In this document: in pieces, positions 61,454 through 64,000 of the stretch | Position numbering within the stretch: position 1 is the first letter of the stretch | Layout of the letters: the number at the start of each line of letters is the position of its first letter | NCBI GenBank assembly: GCA_963754875.1 | Contig: CAVWHO010000021.1 | Span: 32,001-96,000 of the forward strand | Source: Nitrospirota bacterium | GTDB taxonomy: Bacteria; Nitrospirota; UBA9217 | DNA length: 64,000 nt | Reading direction: 5' to 3' | Notes under the pieces: model-generated | Told to the model about the DNA's origin: nothing | Databases searched by the model: none | The model's input: only the letters and a program-made list of their open reading frames with translations | Position numbers and translations under genes: made by a program

Positions 61454-63455
61454 ATGCATCTGGGGAAAAACCTGTTCTTGTATCTATTCCTGACCCTGAC
61501 GGCTGTCTGCATGGGCGGCGCGATCGGCTTCATGATCTTCTCCGTTTGGGACCTGCCTGAAGTAAAGACCCTTGAAGAATACAGCCCGAATATCACATCC
61601 CGTGTCTACTCCGAATCCAACCAGCTGCTTGCCGAGTTTTACCTGCAGAACCGTACTCCTGTAACTCTCGATGACGTTCCCAATATGATGGTCAATGCGC
61701 TCATCGCTACCGAAGACACGCGGTTCTACCAGCATTTCGGGATCGATCTGCGTGGTGTCATCCGGGCCGTGTTTCGTAATATTCGGGCGCGGAAGATTCT
61801 GGAGGGCGGTAGTACGCTCACACAACAACTGGCCAAAGTCCTTTTCCTGACACCGGAGCGGAGCTATACACGAAAGCTCAAAGAGATGGCCCTTGCGCTC
61901 CGGATCGAACAGCGGTATACGAAACAGGAGATACTCGCACTTTATCTCAATCAGATCTATTTTGGAAGCGGCGCTTACGGCATCGAAGCGGCGGCGCAGA
62001 TCTACTTTGGAAAACCGGCAAAAGAATTGAACCTTGCCGAATGTGCCCTTTTGGCAGGACTTCCCCGATCACCGCGGTACTATTCGCCGTTTAAATCGCC
62101 GGCCAGTGCACTCAGCCGACGTGCGTATGTCTTGAACCGTATGGTCGCAATGGGAGTCATCAGCACCATGCAGGCGGAAGAGGCCAAGAAAGCCCCGTTG
62201 CCGGTCCAGGCATCCGTCAAGGCCGCGGGAAGGGCTCCGTATTTCGTTGAGTATGTACGGCAGAAGGTCGAGGAGCGTTTCGGATCGAGCATTCTTTATT
62301 CAGGCGGGCTGAATATCTACACCAGCATCAACGATGATCTACAGAATTACGCGGAGCAAGCCGTGCAATCCGGTCTCGCGAAGATTGAAAGTCAAAAAAG
62401 GAAACCGGGGCCATCCCGGCGGCTCCAGTCTGCTCTGCTTGCCATAGAGCCGGCAACAGGACGAATCCGCGCCATGGTCGGTGGCCGCGATTTCAGCCAG
62501 AGCCAGTTTAACCGCGCAGTGCAGGCCCTCAGACAGCCGGGTTCTGCCTTCAAACCAATCATCTACACTGCGGCATTAGAACACGGATACAGCGCCTCGG
62601 ATATGCTTGACGATTCGCCGTTGATAATCAAGGTGAACCGGAACAAAGACTGGTCTCCCGAAAACTTTACCCGCACCTACCAGGGACCGGTCACCCTGAG
62701 AAGAGTACTGGAACAATCGCTGAACGTACCCACGGTCCGGCTTGTCGACAAAATCGGGACTGATGAAATCATCCGATATGCCAGAAAGCTGGGGATCAGA
62801 AGTCCCCTCACCCACTATCTGCCGCTCGCCCTCGGCAGTTCCGGTGTTACCCTGGCCGAACTTACCTCGGCTTTTGCCGTCTTCGATAACCACGGAGTGA
62901 AATTAGGGCCGATATCGATCCTGTCGATTACCGACAATGCAGGACGGGTCCTCTACACGAATGACGCCGTGCCGGAACAAGTCATAAAACCTGAGACCGC
63001 ATACCTTATCACCTATCTTTTAAAAGGAGTGATTGAACATGGCACCGGGTGGAAGGCGCGGGAGCTCAACAGGCCCGCATCAGGAAAGACCGGAACCACG
63101 AACGATTATCGCGATGCCTGGTTCGTCGGTTATACACCGGATCTGGTTGCGGGCGTGTGGGTCGGATACGACGACCAGACGAGCATCGGGCACGAAGGAA
63201 ACCGGCGCGCGGGCCGCGCTTCCCATCTGGCTCGAATTTATGAAAAAGGCCCATTCCGAACGCAACGCTGAAGAATTCTCCGTACCGGACGGAATTATCT
63301 TCAAGCAGGTGGATCCCAAGAACGGCCTTTTGAGCACCGAGCGCTGCCGCAATTCCATTCGTGAAGCCTATCTGCCCGGCACGGAACCGCGCCAATTCTG
63401 CGATGAATCCGGAGGGGCGTCCGATGAAACCCCGATCCAAGATGAGGCCCCGTAA
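61454..63455 (+). CDS. mrcA: Penicillin-binding protein 1A; +1 indel near 63189
   Basis: EDTRFYQH, GGSTLTQQ, RQPGSAFKP, SLN, GKTGTTN; C-terminus ETGARAALPIW... in shifted frame. Confidence 0.9.
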
Positions 63456-63468
63456 ACCCATATAAATA

Positions 63469-63497
63469 TTGACAATGCAATTATTGTTTGTTAATCT
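63469..63497 (+). promoter_or_regulatory. Sigma70 promoter
   Basis: TTGACA-17-TAATCT with TG extension. Confidence 0.55.
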
Positions 63498-63524
63498 TGA
63501 GTAGCTATTTTTCGGCTATCGAAA

Positions 63525-64000
63525 ATGTCAAATCCTCTCATTTCCAGGATCCTCGACAGGCTGGTCCCTGCAAGGCTTTTTTCGCGATTGACTATTGCAA
63601 AAAAAATGCTGTTGGGGTACATGACGCTCGTGGCGCTCACTGTCGTCGTCGTGGCGTATGCCCTCGTCAGCCTGCAGCGGATCAACACCCTGAACAGAAG
63701 CATTGTCAAAGTGGACGTCGTGGTGGAAGAAGCTTCTGACAAGATGCTCGATGCATTGCTTGCGCAGGACACTTATGAAAAACGGTTCCTGATACTCAAA
63801 AGCGCTGACATGAAAAACCTGTTCATGAAGCGGGGGAAAGAATTTCGAAGCTGGCTCGCGGTCCTCAAAAACCTCCCCGATCGCAACGGCCTCCCCATTG
63901 CAACCATCGACGCGCTGTACACGAAGTACACCGATCTCTTCACGAAAGAGACCAAGTTGGTCCGGAATCGGGCCGTCGAGCAGGCATACGCCATATCCAA
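63525..64000 (+). CDS. Membrane sensor protein (histidine kinase or MCP), N-terminal part, runs off window
   Basis: Open frame MSNPLISRIL..RLTIAKKMLLGYMTLVALTVVVVAYALVSL then helical periplasmic domain. Confidence 0.7.
   Translation, partial: MSNPLISRILDRLVPARLFSRLTIAKKMLLGYMTLVALTVVVVAYALVSLQRINTLNRSIVKVDVVVEEASDKMLDALLAQDTYEKRFLILKSADMKNLFMKRGKEFRSWLAVLKNLPDRNGLPIATIDALYTKYTDLFTKETKLVRNRAVEQAYAIS

Noticed and set aside
1..64000. CRISPR arrays, IS elements, prophage or defence systems
   Set aside because: No regularly spaced repeats, transposase, integrase, phage or nuclease-cluster genes were recognisable by eye.

Overview
64-kb chromosomal window of a Gram-negative bacterium. Gene content and order (TIGR04442-like protein, lptFG, TPR-roadblock-aroQ-pepQ-efp-accB-accC-thiE, expanded REC-PilZ family) suggest a Nitrospirota/Desulfobacterota-type anaerobe; this is inference. 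Most of it is housekeeping: smc, coaE, queC, nth, pur, rib, nusB, acc, phoH-HD-ybeY-dgkA, cobO, PBP1A and tRNA-Phe. No CRISPR array, integrase or transposase was seen. Several genes carry single-base indels that look like long-read errors. Main signals: (1) an uncalled 52-codon membrane micro-ORF (3024-3182, minus) with RBS, in-frame UGA and a SECIS-like hairpin, a candidate new selenoprotein between a TlpA thioredoxin and a transglycosylase; (2) a Sec-terminated ArsS-type radical SAM gene with a SECIS-like hairpin in a partly decayed cluster; (3) four paralogous atypical receiver-PilZ proteins; (4) a Crp/Fnr module with two symmetric TATGA-N6-TCATA boxes at back-to-back promoters; (5) a ~180-nt candidate structured RNA at 53.8-54.0 kb. 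Family names come from recognised motifs and memory, not database searches.
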